From NCBI GenBank assembly GCA_973895155.1, contig OZ316891.1:14167037-14231036 (forward strand): a DNA stretch of 64,000 nt, given 5' to 3'. Every line of letters starts with the position of its first letter. The first letter of the stretch is position 1. Origin of the DNA: Marsupella aquatica. Lineage: Eukaryota > Plantae > Marchantiophyta. A program made the position numbers and the translations under genes. Below are positions 1 to 14,293 of this stretch, one piece after another. A model generated the notes under the pieces. It did not search any database. It saw nothing but the letters and a program-made list of their open reading frames with translations, and was not told the DNA's origin.

Positions 1-2012
1 AGCATTACTGGTGTGCGCGCACCAATGTCAGATGAAACTAAGTGACAGTCAGGACATCGTGAACAGCCGCTCGTCTAATATATGTGTTTTATGCAACTCT
101 TTGAAGGTTCGGATTTTGGAATCGGATCCATTGGCCCTTATATGCGGTCACAGGTTGTGCTATATATCATATATCAGTCCATAACAAGTGACGAGTTGTG
201 ATCTGGGTTATGTTTCTGATTCTGATTTGAATTGCGTCATCATTTCTGGTATCTCTTATCAAGAGTTGTAAAGTACCGTCTTGCTGAGGTGTGATAGTTT
301 TTTCGGGACAAATGGCTGCGTAAATACCTCTGAAACGATGTATTTCGGTCAATCATCTGGACCTGCATGAAAGAAAGTACACAAGATAACGTACCTACTG
401 GTCCACCATGTCTCCTCTCCTTCAGCGGACTTCACAGCGAGCCAATGAGGTTAACGCAAATCATAAGCTCGATCTTAAGATTAAAGGAATAATATTATGT
501 TCTTTACGGGAGGGTCAGATAGTACGTAAGAAAACGAAATTATCTCATGGACCAGTATGCTATTGTTGCAGATGCCATTCAAAGCATCTGTGGTATTTTT
601 TTCAAACATTTGATGCTGAAATTGGCTTTACATGTGTTGGTGGTTTCCGTATAGGAGAATAGTCTTTGGACTATCAATGTGTCTCAAAGGGAGCTGTAGT
701 TGGACATGGTTTATATTGTGCCTTGGAAGGCTGTGACATACTCACACGGGGGTTAAATTCCCCAAGAGAGTAAATTATGTCTTAGTTTCTAGTGTCACCT
801 ATTCAAGTTACCATTCGTTTAGTCATCTGAGTGTGTTGCTAAACTTTGGGATTAGCCGGTGGATTTATTTTTAACCAGAGACTATTAGCCACTTGGTTCC
901 AATCCAAAGCACATGCACAAACTTTCCTTACTCCCTAGGCCAGTGAGTAGAGAGCCACCTTGACTAATTCTTAAAATACAAAGCTCACATGCACTAAGTT
1001 TCCATACTCCATAGGCCAGGCCGGTAGGAAACCACCTTGGCTAATTTTTAAAAATAAAAACATGGATGCTTGGACCCGTTCCCGTCAGCCACGTCCAGGA
1101 AAGGGACGGAAGGGATGGGAGAGGGTCCCATCGAGCTCTGATGGGAAATGGGAACATCCGGACAGGACGTAGAGCAAACAGGCAGTCGACGACCAAGTCG
1201 AAGGCAGAGAGAATTGATACCCCTCGGATCCCAATCCCGATCCTGACCCCCCTCAGAGCACTTGCGCTGCCAGTACCGACGATGAATCAGAGATTCTGTG
1301 GAGTGCAGCATCTCGTCGTCGTCGTTGAATGCGTAGGCAGGTTTCTCGTCGTTGCCCCCCACCGTCAACACCACCCGACCCCAGCCCATTCCGTTGCATC
1401 CGGCTTGCGTGTTTTCTGTACCGCGTTGTCGTCGTCGTGCACATTTCACAGCGTGTCGGGTTTGGCATTGCATCTCATCTCATCTCATCCCATCTCATCT
1501 GCAGTGAGTGGCGCTTGCCAATCTAGATTGTAGATCGGCGCAGTACGTCTCGCTTTGAGTTGCGTTGCGTTGCGTTGCGGTGCGGTGTGGGAGCTGAATT
1601 GCAAGCAGGCACGGTAAGCAGAGGAGGGATAGTCTGTCTCGCTGATGTGCGTGGAGTTTGGGGTTTACATGTGTGACGAGAGGCTTTGAGCGCGTGACGG
1701 GATCGTTATCTAGCGTTCAGAAGGGAATCTAGTTACTAGTGTATCTAGGTACGAAGAAGAGTTTACAGAGGTGGGGGTTGTCATTGAGGTAGTAGAGAAC
1801 TGGCGAAGAGATCTGAGGTGCGCTGGTTTGTGTAATTGTGTGGGTCATTGGGACGACGCCGGCGTCAAGGTTCCTTCGTTCGTGCAGGAAACTGCGGATA
1901 CAGTAATTGAAGCTGCGAAGGGAATCAAACAAGCAAGCGTGAGAGGAGCAGTCGTTGCTCGTCTGTGCTCACATACCTACGAGGGAGGATTGTGGTGGTG
2001 GCAGCATAAGCG

Positions 2013-5000
2013 ATGCCTGCTGGGACGGTCGAGGTGTTTTTGATCGGGGCGGTTGGCATCAAGGACACAGAGATCTTTGGTAGGCCCTTCTAGCAATTCT
2101 CTCTTCAAGGAGCCGGTTGTTCCCTTGTAACGGTGGACTGCCACAAGTGGCATCTTCTTAGTTCAAATTAAGGAAGTTTAATTTCATGGTTCGATGAGAA
2201 TCTCCAGCTGTTAGTTATGGGAAACAATTACCATTGAGAGGGGGTTAAGCACCTTGTCGTGGCCTGACTCGGACTTGACAACGGAAGAATTCTTCCCGGA
2301 ACCAGACTTGTCATTCGCGCAGGTCGATTCTTGTTTGGATCTTGGAAGACTTTCAGGTTTCTTGGAAGTTGGTATCGCCCATGGATTTCCAAATAGGATT
2401 CTTCCTTGGACAGATTCATTTTCAACCCGGCCTCCTTGAACGAAGAAAGCTGCGGTCTCGGTCATCATCACCTGTATGAAGCATTCGGTAGTGATTTCTA
2501 TGATAATCACTCCACCAGAAAGCACTCAGAAGAAAGTGATGGGCCCTCTAGAGAATCAATAAGGTTGGGGAAAGTTCGAAGTCAAATATAGACGCGAGTG
2601 TGAAAACTAGAATGGAAGGCAAAGTTCCATAGCAAAACACAGTACTGAGAGAGTAAGCAAGGTCAAAGAGCTCCGAAACACACATGACAAGCATTCATGC
2701 ATTACAACCTCAGGAATGTCTTTGATTATCTGCAAAAAACCTCTTGTCCATAACTATCGTGACCGCTTTGGAACCTGCGCTCAGATTATGTAGGGGACAT
2801 TGTATAGTAATGCCACCAAAGTAGGAGACATCTTCGGCTCCATAGAGATTGATAAAAACTGCTAGAATCCCGAGGGGAAGAATCCTCAAACTGTACTAGT
2901 TTATAAGGCAACTACCAAACATCGAATAGCGACTTTCATCTTGGTCGTACCCTATCCGGCCCCATGGGTAATCCAGAATATCAGTCGTAATGATCATTTC
3001 CTCAATTAGGCTTTCTTCTCCTCGGTACCTGAAATCTGCATGTCCAAGTTCTCTTACACAGTGCATTGCTTGTGCGTATGGCTGACAGTTTTTCCGTCAG
3101 CATTCACAGCAGGGCAGGGTTACCATTAGATCGAATAATCATCATTTTGGTCATTGCAACTGAAACTGGTTTTGACCCTGTTGTGTTCTTCAGGCAAAGC
3201 AGACCCCTACGCATTCCTTATCTGCGGGAAACAAAAGCTACGGAGCAACACAGCGAGCAGTAAGGCTACTGCGAAAGACTCTCTTGGTTTCTTGCATTAG
3301 GATATTCAGGCCTGTTAAATGACAAGGACATGAACTCTCTTGATCTGCTGTCTTGAGGAGGCTTACGAGAATTGACGATAACAATACCTGGAGGCTCTTG
3401 GGGCATTGACTTTGTACTCATTCTCACTTGGGACAATGATGGCATTTCTTGGCCAGATTCATGTGCATGATTTTACATCCCACCTTTTGCTACATTTTTA
3501 GTTGTTGTTCTCTTGTTTTATTCTTGATATGGCACTAATATGAGCTATGTTTGACGGCAGACCAAGGATCTAAGCCAATTTGGAATCAGAAGTTCAGTTT
3601 TTACATCGATGACAGAGCCAACGATCTGCAAATCAAAGTCTACAATCATAACATAATCAAAGAAGATGATGAGCTTGGGAGTACAATGTAAGTTGACTTT
3701 TGCACAAAGCAAGTTGCTTGGGTCTTGCCCCAGTTTTCATTTTATATATATAAGTTGACTGTTGTAACTTTGGCTCTACAACTTGCTCTTGTCAGAAACT
3801 CACTTCTGCCAAGCCTAGCTTACGGCAAGAAGATGAATGAACGTCGGTGGTTTTGGAATTATACCACTATCAAATGTTTCATGTGTACTATCGAGTTTGC
3901 ATTGCATAGAGGAGAGAGTCATTCTGACGGTGTTTGATTCAAGGGTATACATTTACTGCACTTGTCTCTGGTGAACGCGATAGGTTAGAGCATATAGGTA
4001 TCCTGCGTGCAGGCTGGCCATTGTGTTTTGGCTTGTAATTAATTACTCTTTCTTCTATTTTGAGGTCAATCTGAGACAGATGCACTTGGCTTTCCGTTGT
4101 ACTCATGGCAAGAGTTCCCTGCAACTACTGTTCTATGATGCAATGTCCTGGATACTCCTGCAATTGGTGGCACTGGTGATGTCATCTAAAGAGTACCAAT
4201 TATAAAACTCGTTGATCGATGAGCGACTCATGAATTGCGGATATAAGGGATCTGTAATGACCCGGTATAATGCTGAGCATTTGTATGGGTGCAGAATCCC
4301 TCTGGCGAGAGTTTTCGCTGATGGAAAGCTGCCAACGACTAGTTATAATGTCCTTCGTCCATCGGGCAGAGTGCAAGGAGAAGTTAAACTGTCGATTGCA
4401 TTCACTCCAAAGGTAGTAGTGGGTCAAATTTATGGGAACTTGAACTGTATTTGTCTCTCTGGTCCCAAGGTCCCGCAGGTTTCAGGAGATGAAGTTTCTC
4501 TTCTTTGATCATCATTGTAACCCTTAAGAATGGTGTTGATGCTTGGTATAATTTTATACTTTTCTCTCAAGTTTGCTTAATGGCCACCTAAACCGGAATA
4601 TTGACTGACTAGTGCGTGTCATTTGGCTGTTGCAGAACAGGTCAGCCCAGCAAACTGTACAGGACATTCCTGGTCCTTACAATGCAAAGGTACACGGGAG
4701 TCCATATGCTCCCACCCCTCCTACGCCTACAGTCAAACATGACCCGTTGACAGGTCCTGATGGATATTTTAGGAACAACCCCAGTACGAGCTCATCTTCT
4801 CATGGAATTCTTACTCATTCCGGCAACTCTAACCAGGGGGGCAACAGACCCTACCCTCCAACTGAAGTCAATACATACCCTCCAAGCGCGCCTTCTCCTG
4901 TGCCTTCCATGAATGACCCTTATCAACGTACAGAGGGTAGTTTATCTTACCAACACTCAGATAGCTTTTCTTCTTCCAGTGACGGATCTTCACATGGAAG

Positions 5001-5703
5001 ATTGTATCCAGTTACGCCATCTACTTCCATGGACTACACTGCAGGAGTTTATGTTCAGTCTCCATATGGCCAAGGATATCCTCGCCCTGCACCCCCTGCC
5101 GGTCTCTCGTCATCAAGTCACCATCTTGGGGCTTCCTCAATACCATCTACCAGCCCTACTGCATATCCTCCACCAGGTGGCCATAGTACCTTATATCCTT
5201 CTGGCCCAAGCCCAAATTCTTCTCATGGTTCTGCAAACCAATTTCGATTCGAAGAGCTTGCAGGAAATTTTGCATCATTTAAGATTTCTGGGAACGACAA
5301 TGAATCTGGATCTTATGGAAGCTACCCTGGGTATCATAGTGCCCAGAGCTTTTCTGATAATATGCCGCCAGCTGGGTATCCTCCCTTAGAATCAATCTCC
5401 GGTCATTACGATCATCCTTCAAATGGAAGACCTGCCGATGGATATCCCCCTCCTGTCTATCAAACAGCTGGACTCCCATCACAACATGATAGTAACTATG
5501 GTGGATACCCTGGGCCAGGCTCTTATTCTGGCTATGGATATGAAGCCGCACCGTCCAGTTTTTATCCTCCACAACTGGGAGTTCCTCAGCAACCTTACGG
5601 AAGGACAGATTCGGGGGAGCTACCTTCATCAAATCCATATCCACCTGCGCCGTACTACAATGCACCCCCGGCCTACTATATTCCTGCTGGGTATCCAAAA
5701 TAG
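2013..5703 (+). CDS. C2-domain protein (ERG1/SRC2-like C2 domain) with ~355-aa Pro/Ser/Tyr/Gly-rich C-terminal tail; 5 coding exons
   Basis: Exons 2013-2079, 3194-3259, 3561-3687, 4295-4412 and 4636-5703 are joined by GT-AG introns with consistent phases. They splice to MPAGTVEVFLIGAVGIKDTEIFGKADPYAFLICGKQKLRSNTASNQGSKPIWNQKFSFYIDDRANDLQIKVYNHNIIKEDDELGSTIIPLARVFADGKLPTTSYNVLRPSGRVQGEVKLSIAFTPK, a canonical plant C2 fold (DPY, P.WN..F.F, DD.LG, GEV.L.I.F). The last exon corresponds to ORF 4612..5703. Confidence 0.92.
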
Positions 5704-8700
5704 GTTCTTTCGTTTATCCAAACTAGAGTTTCCACTGCACAGTGTAAAGTAAAAGATTTCGATCGCTTATAACTGGAAGCACAGAAGTTTTAGATGTCAG
5801 CAATGCTTCTGGAATGCCCTGTTCAATACTGCAAGCGTGCCTGCCAAGCCCGTTTCATGATGTGCTGGTACCTGCAACTATTGGTTATTGTACTTTACTT
5901 CTCAACTGACGTCGTACGAAACTTTAACTAGGATGGCCACCAATTTAAATATTTAGTCTACCCTGTTTAGCAACCGGAAGATCTTTTAGTGTGAGGTTGG
6001 GTATTGCTTCTACTTGCTTAGTCTCAATCTATTGACAGCCTCAGACGACCCTGCTGTACAGTATGTGTGTTGTCTTGGAACTAGTCAGCATGCGGAGCAA
6101 GCTTTGTGACTGGTACCTTGCACCTCTTACCAGAGCATTTCAGGCTTTTGGATTGAGATTAAATCAGAATAGTATGGAGGATTGTGTGATGCCGTAGCTT
6201 ATTAAAAAGACTGCAGGCCCTTATAGTTGCCTAGGATGGGTGTCGGAATTGAAGGATGCTAGTGTTTGCAAACGTACGTACGGGTACAGTAATGCATTTC
6301 TTTTCACAGGACCGTGCATTTAGATTCTCTTTTGGAGTTGTGGATTATGGCAAATTTAGCTGTAATACGTAGGAACATGTCAAGGTGCTCATACTTTGAA
6401 GTGACTGTCTCCCATCTCAATGTGTACTGCCTTGATGGACTGAGGCAATTTCAAACTTAATTGCATCAATCAAACTGATAGAGTGGGGAGAAGGTTGTTG
6501 TGTTGAATTCTCGTGATCTGCAGAGGAAAGGAAGTCAGCTTAACTTATTCAAGATCTCCTACCTGGTCACTAATGACACACTGTATCATTACAGGAAGTT
6601 GACTTGGCCTATGACGTATCTATTTGGCCATTTCTATAAGGACTATTTGAGACACTAACCACGGTTGCATCTTGTCACCTCTACAACTCACATCGAAATT
6701 ACTTCATCACTTGAAGAAAACTTGTTTGAAAATTTGCCAATTTCTTGTACAAACCGGATGGAGTTGACCTGCGTTTTGATTTGAGTTCAGGGTGGGTTCC
6801 TGTTGACATTGACATCAACTAGTGGGTGTTTATAACTGGTGGAAACTGTGATCAGGCCTCCCAGAGGAGCTTTCCCTAAAGTCACATAGAGTTCAGAAGA
6901 GGACAAACTTAGCTAAAGGAGTAGAGACCAGCCTCATCGTAGGTTTCAACCGAAATTTCTGGGCTGAGCAACTTTTCAACGCTTCAGCATAGTTTACGGC
7001 TATTCATTTTTGGCCTGTGATTGGAGAGGTCATCGTGTCTGTTGTCCTCTCCGTTTATGTACATTGCTAATGGTCCCCTGGTTGGGGCCCCAAGTTATGA
7101 ATAGCATCACAAGTACCCAAGATGGGCCTAGTGATAGCACAAATGTAAGTGCAAAAACAGATTATGGAGGAAGTTCATTTGGAAGTTTGTTTCTAGACTA
7201 TGAAGGATTTTTAAAAGGTGATCTGCAATCCTACATTGAAAGAGAATCTCACTTTCTAAAAAGATCTTGTTGAAGCAATTCAATTGGGGTAAGCAAAAAT
7301 CCAAGTTCAACTTATGACTTGAATTATGTTTATAAAGTCCATACAGTGGGGCCAGAAGGTATTAAGATGCTCCACTTAGGTAAGTATGCAGGGAACCTGT
7401 CGTTGGATACTTACATAGCTGGAGCATATTCTTGCACCTCTGACCTTGGTAAGTTTCGTTTTATGTATAACATTGAATGACTGGTATTGTGGGAGTCTGC
7501 AATTTGAACTAGAAACAAATAGTTGGGATCATCAACCCAAGGGGATGGCTTCAAGCACACATCCAATTTGAGGTGATTGAACCTTTACATGTGCACATCG
7601 ACAGGCATCAGGCCTGGCTGTGAGAGCTGCAAGCCCTTGATTAGGCTGTCTCTAGATCTTTGAGTGATGTTAAAGAGTTCCAAGTTTTGGTGGGAAGTAA
7701 GCAACACAAATTCCATAATCCAAATCTGGGGGTGGGAAGCAAACAACACAAATGCTATGAATGGAAATCTGAGGGTTTCTAGCCTGTAGGCCCACCCCCA
7801 CAAGGAGACATCTATGAGTTCATTTGTTCCATGTTCTGCCCAGTTGTTGTCGCAAAGGGAAACATAGAACAGCGATCCATAGGCACAAATAATTGGTGAA
7901 CCAGGGTAAAGAGGGTGCCATGGTGATATAGCACATGTAATAACGCATCATGTTTGGATGTGAGACATACAAGGGGCTACAAGCTTAGCTATGACTACAT
8001 AGCATCAGATATGTGATAAAGCATAATCTTTGGATGTGAGGGTTATTTCAGAAATATGTGGCAAACATCAACATCAAAATTGTCAGACGAGAGTCCCTTG
8101 GCCATTTGGGTTGGCCAGGTCTCTAGATTTCAGGTGCGGTTCAGACTCAAGTACTCGGGGACAATAGTTTGGGTAGGTAGCGTGACCAACACCCAACTTG
8201 ATACTACTCTCTAGTCCAGCATTGAGCCTGGTCAAGCCATTTTGCCTCAAACATCCTCAATTTCCAAGTGCTATCTTGGGGGATTGGCTACGCAAAACTG
8301 TAGTAATCACGTGCAATCCAAAATAATTATTGTTCATAGAAACAATTAGACTGTTAATAAGTGTAGGAGCTAAAAGAGGGATTTTAAATTTAAACTTAAA
8401 AATATTATCTAATATATACTTATTGTAAAGTAAATTAGGTCATTAATATTGAAAATAGAGAATATTGCTAGAATGTTTTCTTTACAAAATAAGAGTGTTA
8501 GGACGGATCACATGTGGTGTCTCAAAATGTACATGAAGTTAACCCCTGAATAGTGTAATACATCCGTACAATAATACAACTCTTCTTCTGAACCCAACAA
8601 GGTATGTATCTACTTGCACTTGTGTGTGACCAACCCTTTGGTCATGGGCAGGGTTCAATTAGTTTGGGAAATTTAGTAATTTGGTGAAGTTTTGGGATAA

Positions 8701-11700
8701 ATTTGTTTGATCCGGTGTAAACTGAAAAGTGTACCTTGATCAAGTGCAAGTCTGAAATTTACCCAGGCATTGCTTTCTTTGTGGTTCACACATTTGGATG
8801 TTTTAATTGTGAGATACACTGTTTTGACCCCCATTATGTTAATTTCAAAATTTGCAATTCCTACCAATAGTTTGTAAGTGGGTACCCCATTCAGGAGAGT
8901 GTTGCTCAATGATGCTGAGTATCAGAAATTATGCTTGTTTGGAGCTTGTTGATGGGTTCTTCTCCTTGTTGGGCCCAAAGTGTTGGATGGTGGAGGCTTC
9001 GTTTTGGTCCGGGTTTACTAGACTAGACTCATGTGCAGGAATTGCTTGAAAGAAAAACTGTTTTTAGGACAAAATCAAATTATACCTTCCAGTTTACGTC
9101 CATCAAACAATTCTCTGAGTTTTCTGGGTATGGTAAGGGCCAATTCGCATGCTACCGGCCCTTCAGAAAGCGGCCCTGAAACTGGTACATGTCATTCTTA
9201 GAGTTGATAATACTGCTATGCCGTATCCCACTCATCAGGCAGGCCTGACGGGAGGTCTTATGGGCACACAAGGGCAAGGGCCGGAAATGTTACGGCCCTT
9301 GCAATCCTGACCTTTGTTTAGAGAGTAAATCAAAATTTGAAGGTTCATAGTTTTGCGCAGCCTTGTATAATATGCTGCACGTATGACACAGCAGGGACAC
9401 AAGCCCCTTTGCAAACACAACACATATAAGCCACAAGTGTTGAGTTGATGCTGCTTTTTCCAAAACTGGCGCAAGTGGTAAGGGCTGCATTCTGAAAGAT
9501 CTGGACATGCGAGTTGGCCCTAAGAAAACCATGCAAACTAGCCCAAATATCAGTGTGTTTACATAGGAAGGGCTCTACATATCCAGACTCCCCATGTCAA
9601 ACATAATCCAAATACCAGGATTTCCTAATATAAGAGAAATTATGGCCTATGGCTTCACTCTACAAAGTAAGTGATGAACTGTAGATTTTGATAACAAATT
9701 GTAGTATTGACTAGTCCAATGCTCATGTGTTGCGGAATAGTCATTGTGGCCATGTAGCCATGTGGAGAACAAGGCAGCAAAACCTAGTCACTTAGTGGCT
9801 TTGCATGTTGGGTTGGTCCATGGCACCATGGCACTATGAGGAGTTGTTGAACTTTTGTCTAGAGGGCAGGGATGCAAGGGTGAGGTAGGGTGAGCAGCAA
9901 AGCAGCCCTCACAAGGCCAGCCTGCACGGAGCAAGGCACAAAGGCAGCTTGTGCAGACCCAGGCAAACCACAGGATGGGGCCTTGGATGGGACAGGCAGG
10001 GAAGGTGAGCAAGCAAGCAAGGATGGGGCAGTTGGGGCGTGGCAAGCAGTGAGGCAACCCCCAAACCACGGTAGCTTAGGCAGACCGAGGCAGCCCATAG
10101 GATGGGGTAGGCAAGGGGGGCGGGCAGGCTTTAGAAGGGGTTTGCTAGCTATCCAATGGTGCAAAAAAGGTCGGCAGGATTGTTTCCCACCCACAATTAG
10201 TTTTCTAAATACATCATCAATCATGGAGTAGTTTGGAGAGGATTGCATATCAAAGTGGTTGATTGTCATTAAAAGGTACTTTCAACATAAAAAGCTAACA
10301 TTTGCACTCATATCAGCTCATACTTTTAGGGCATCTCTCCCTCTTGCCACCCACTCTATTATCATCACTCCCATCCCTTCTTTGTCATCCTCTCCACTCC
10401 TTGCCACCCGTTCCCCTCCTTGCCACCCATGCTTATGCATAGGAGGACTCCCCGTACTCAAACTCCCCATGCCCATCCCTACTCACAAGCATAGTCTAAA
10501 TATCATGTTGTTTGTTACCAAATAAATTATGGCCTATGGCTTAACTCAACACAGCAAGAATCGTGAAACTCGACTACCCTACGACTTAGCTTGGGCATCG
10601 CTGACTCCAATGCCAAGCTCCTCTATGGTCATCCAGAATGGACTGAGCATGAGGGGACTAGAGAGCAAGGAAGCGTTGCTCTAGCAAAGGGTAGGCTTGA
10701 GCTCTAGTACAAGGGACTTGGACTGGCGTTAAGGGCTAGTCGGGTCATGAGATGGGTTGGGCTTGTGATGGACCGTCCAGACCCCTGGACGGAATCCAAG
10801 TTCTGAGGGCTTGAGTGAGAGCTCCTCTTGGCCCAAGTGCATAGAAATTTAGTTCATGTGGAATGGAATTTTATGTTTGAGAATGCTCGGGTGGAGCCGC
10901 TCAGGACCCTGATGAGAAAAAAGCCATGAGGGCCCAGATACAAGCACCGTGTTGGCCCAATCACAACAAGCTAAGGCACCTCTCCTACGTACGCCTAACC
11001 AGAAAGTTATGGGCCTATCAAAATTAGTTGTGTGAGCACTCGAGTCATGGTGGGGGCCAAAATAGGGGACCAAAGCTGGTCCAGGGGTGGTAGGTCTAGA
11101 GTGGCATCTCCTAGTGGGGCAGGGGCGAGCACAAGTCATTGTGCGCGGCAATTGGGCTACTCACTGAAAACTTAACGCCGAATAGAACATTGATATCTCC
11201 TCGACGGAAAGTTTGGTGGAGGACTTCATGGGTGCATTGAAAAACTCTCAAGAAGAACTACCTCCCCCTCATCGTAGTTGGGTCTTGGGGTGCCTTTGGC
11301 CTTCATGGTTTGCAAGGACTATCTTGCCCTCTTGCCAACCCTGCCTAAATAGTAGCCAAACCACTTTTAGTTCCCACGGGAGGTTGCATTGGGGAGGCAA
11401 TGCAGAGTAGGCCTGGGTGTTGGACTCCAACTGCATCATGCCCTTGGATTCCCAGTTGAGTTGGATCCATAGAGCCAGTTGTTGTAGTTAGGGCCAAGCT
11501 GGTCTCGCATGGCGTTTGGGACAAGCTTCTAGACAAGCTTAGCTATTAAGGTCATGGACATGTCTTGGAGGTAGGGCAGTCAGCTAGTGACAGGTAGAAA
11601 GTGGGGAAGAGAGGGAGACACCTGGTAGAGGGGAAATTCTAGTCAAACAATGGGTACCAGCCTTAGCTTCAGTTTATGGCAAAGCCAAGCGGGCCTAGGA

Positions 11701-12010
11701 GACTTTATCTGATGACTCACTTACCAACAACTGTTGAGCTTGAGACAGGACAATGGTCTTGGGATTGGGTTACTTACCGGTGGGGTTGGTTGCTTGTGCA
11801 GATAGTAGGGGCTGTTGAGAGACAATCATGCTGAGGAGCACGTGTGGCTTTGTATGGTTGCTACAAGCAGTGCACGTGATAGAGGCACGTGATAGAGGCA
11901 TTGAGTTACTTGCTTGTGAATTTTTTGTGGGTGTTCGGGCACCGGGGGTACTTAGACAAACATATTAGGTCCGGGTAGTTGGATGGCTAGGTGACTGGTA
12001 CACCACTATA

Positions 12011-12204
12011 AGTCATGCATCATAGACTTTTATTGCAAATTCTTGGAACTAGCACTAATACATGTGTGTATGCAAAGTCATGCATGGTAGAATTTTATTG
12101 CAAATTCTTGGAACTAACACTAATACATGTGTGTATGCAAAGTCATGCATGGTAGACTTTTATTGCAAATTCTTGGAACTAACACTAATACATGTGTGTA
12201 TGCA
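12011..12204. repeat. Tandem repeat, 65 bp x 3
   Basis: Unit AGTCATGCATGGTAGACTTTTATTGCAAATTCTTGGAACTAACACTAATACATGTGTGTATGCAA starts at 12011, 12076 and 12141. Confidence 0.95.
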
Positions 12205-13895
12205 GAAGAAGGGTTCCTTGTACGTAGACTTCCAATTCCCTAACACTTTTCACAACACATAGTCTAAATATCAAAATTTTCTCATAGTAGAGAACTTGTG
12301 GCTTGTGGCTTCATTCTATGGAGTAGGCCATGAAAGATTGGTAGACTTCAATAACAGAGTATAGTACGGCCCAAATACCCATCCATATGCATGATAAGGG
12401 CTCCCACACCTAAACTCACAAACACAATTTAAATATTGAAATTTTCTATTGCCAAATTTTCTATGGCATATGGTGTCACTCTAATAGTAGGTCATGATAG
12501 GTAGACTTAAGTAATTGTACCGGCCTGAATGCTCGTGCCTAGCTCATAGGTTAATGTTGAGAACCATCATGTCCATTTCTAATTCCACCCCAACTATAAC
12601 TGTGCCTCATAGCCATGGTCTACAGGTTTCACTCTAGATTGTAGGCCCTTTCTATTGTGTTTAAATAAGATAGATACATAGATAGATAAGATTTCAAGGA
12701 TCTTTTACTCTCCTCCCCTAAACTGGTTGAACTTACTAACTTGCCACCCAAAACTAATTTAATTATCAAGTGTTGACTCCCATTTTGAGTACAAGTTGGC
12801 TTAAGTAAGTTACAGTACCCCAAGATGACCTGCAATTGGTTTGCAGACACATGGAGGCTTGCGATTTGCCAGTGCTAGCCCACTCTAACCGTACTATCAC
12901 CCCACCAGGTTCCCTGACCTGTAAACTTCTCGTGAAGGTTTTTATGTTGTGTTTTCACAAGTGATCATGAGACATTACCCTGGGTGAGGCCAGGGCCATG
13001 GAACCCCTAGGCCAGCTTGGCATGGGGATTCTGAAATTTGAAAATGCATTTTTAACCTTTACCTGGTAAGGGGCAAGTGGAGCCCTAGTGGCGGACTGCC
13101 AAAGTGACAAAAAAACTTTCAAAAATTCACGAGAGTTTCACTTGGGGGTAATGGGCTAGCTGTAAACCCCTTGGGTTCACTGCACTTGGGGACTACATCC
13201 TATTACCCCCTCTTGGGGATGGGTTGCCCTGCACAACACTCATTGGAACACAAGTATTGGTGAGTGTGGACTACTATCTGCAAGCAAGAGCTTTCATTCT
13301 GGCCCCCTCATTTCCTTCACTTTTATGGTGGAAATGGGTTAGCTTGGGCAAATTATGAGCTTCCACATGTCCCCACAACAATTACGTGTCATAGTGTTAG
13401 TCTAGTTTTGGTTAGGCCAATCTACATACATAATGGGGGCAACTTGATAATTAAATTAGTTGGGGCAGGTTAGTAATCCTGACTAGTTTGTGGGAAGTTA
13501 AGAAGGGTACATTTAAAACCCCCTTAAAAATGAGTCGAGCCACTGTGGATTGGCTGGGACGCCATGCTCTGCGGAGGAAGGCTGGTCTAGTAGTGTCATA
13601 ACCCTTATATGGAACATAAGTTACGATGGGTAGCCCTTTCTACTCCATGTTGTTAGTATCATAATCTTGTACTTGAAATTTTATAGCTGGATCACCTTCT
13701 TTGGACCAAAGTTGCACACAAAATTAGATACTTGGGTGGGGTTCCTTGCATTAAAGCCGCTGTCATAAGTAGTAACCTCTTGCCCGCGCCTTGGTTATCC
13801 TATTGGCTGTCTCATTGGTGGCTTTCCTTGCTAGGTAGCTTTTGCTCTGTTCTCTTTACATCTACCACTACAATTGCAATATAATTCTATTGTTC

Positions 13896-14112
13896 AAGGC
13901 CTACGGTCTAGAGTGAAGCCTCTACAATGTACCTTGACTATGGGCACACAACTGAAATTGGGGGTGAAGGTGGAAAGCAGGGGTTTGGGACTTTTCAGGG
14001 CCTATGGTCTGGAGTGAAGCCACTATAGTGGATGGTGACTCTTGGGGCATAACTGAAATTGGGGCTGCGGGTGGAAAACAAGAATTGGGGACAGGGTTCC
14101 CCAAAATAACCA
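13896..14112 (+). repeat. Two head-to-tail copies of a variant hairpin-end family 5' segment
   Basis: GGCCTACGGTCTAGAGTGAAGCC...GGGCACAACTGAAATTGGGG is repeated ~101 bp later as GGCCTATGGTCTGGAGTGAAGCC...GGGCATAACTGAAATTGGGG. A related inverted segment lies at ~12555-12650. Confidence 0.6.
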
Positions 14113-14293
14113 CCATAAACCAATTGCTGAGTCAATTGATGTGCAACTGGCTTTGAATTGCCCTCACTTCTATTTAAATTAGAATCAAAGCAAAGTGCCG
14201 GGTTTAAATGTCCTCACCTGGATATCAGGTTCCAGGAGGAGGACGATAGAGTGAAACCTTTTCTGTCCTTGAGAACATTAATTAATTAATTTT

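Noticed and set aside
1048-1533. Overlapping 140-155-aa ORFs on both strands
   Set aside because: GC-rich promoter/leader of the C2 gene; no domain motifs, and stop-poor frames are expected at this composition.
1617-1637. miR390-like sequence (AGGAGGGATAG core)
   Set aside because: Only a partial match, with no evident precursor hairpin; it lies at a probable 5'-UTR intron start.
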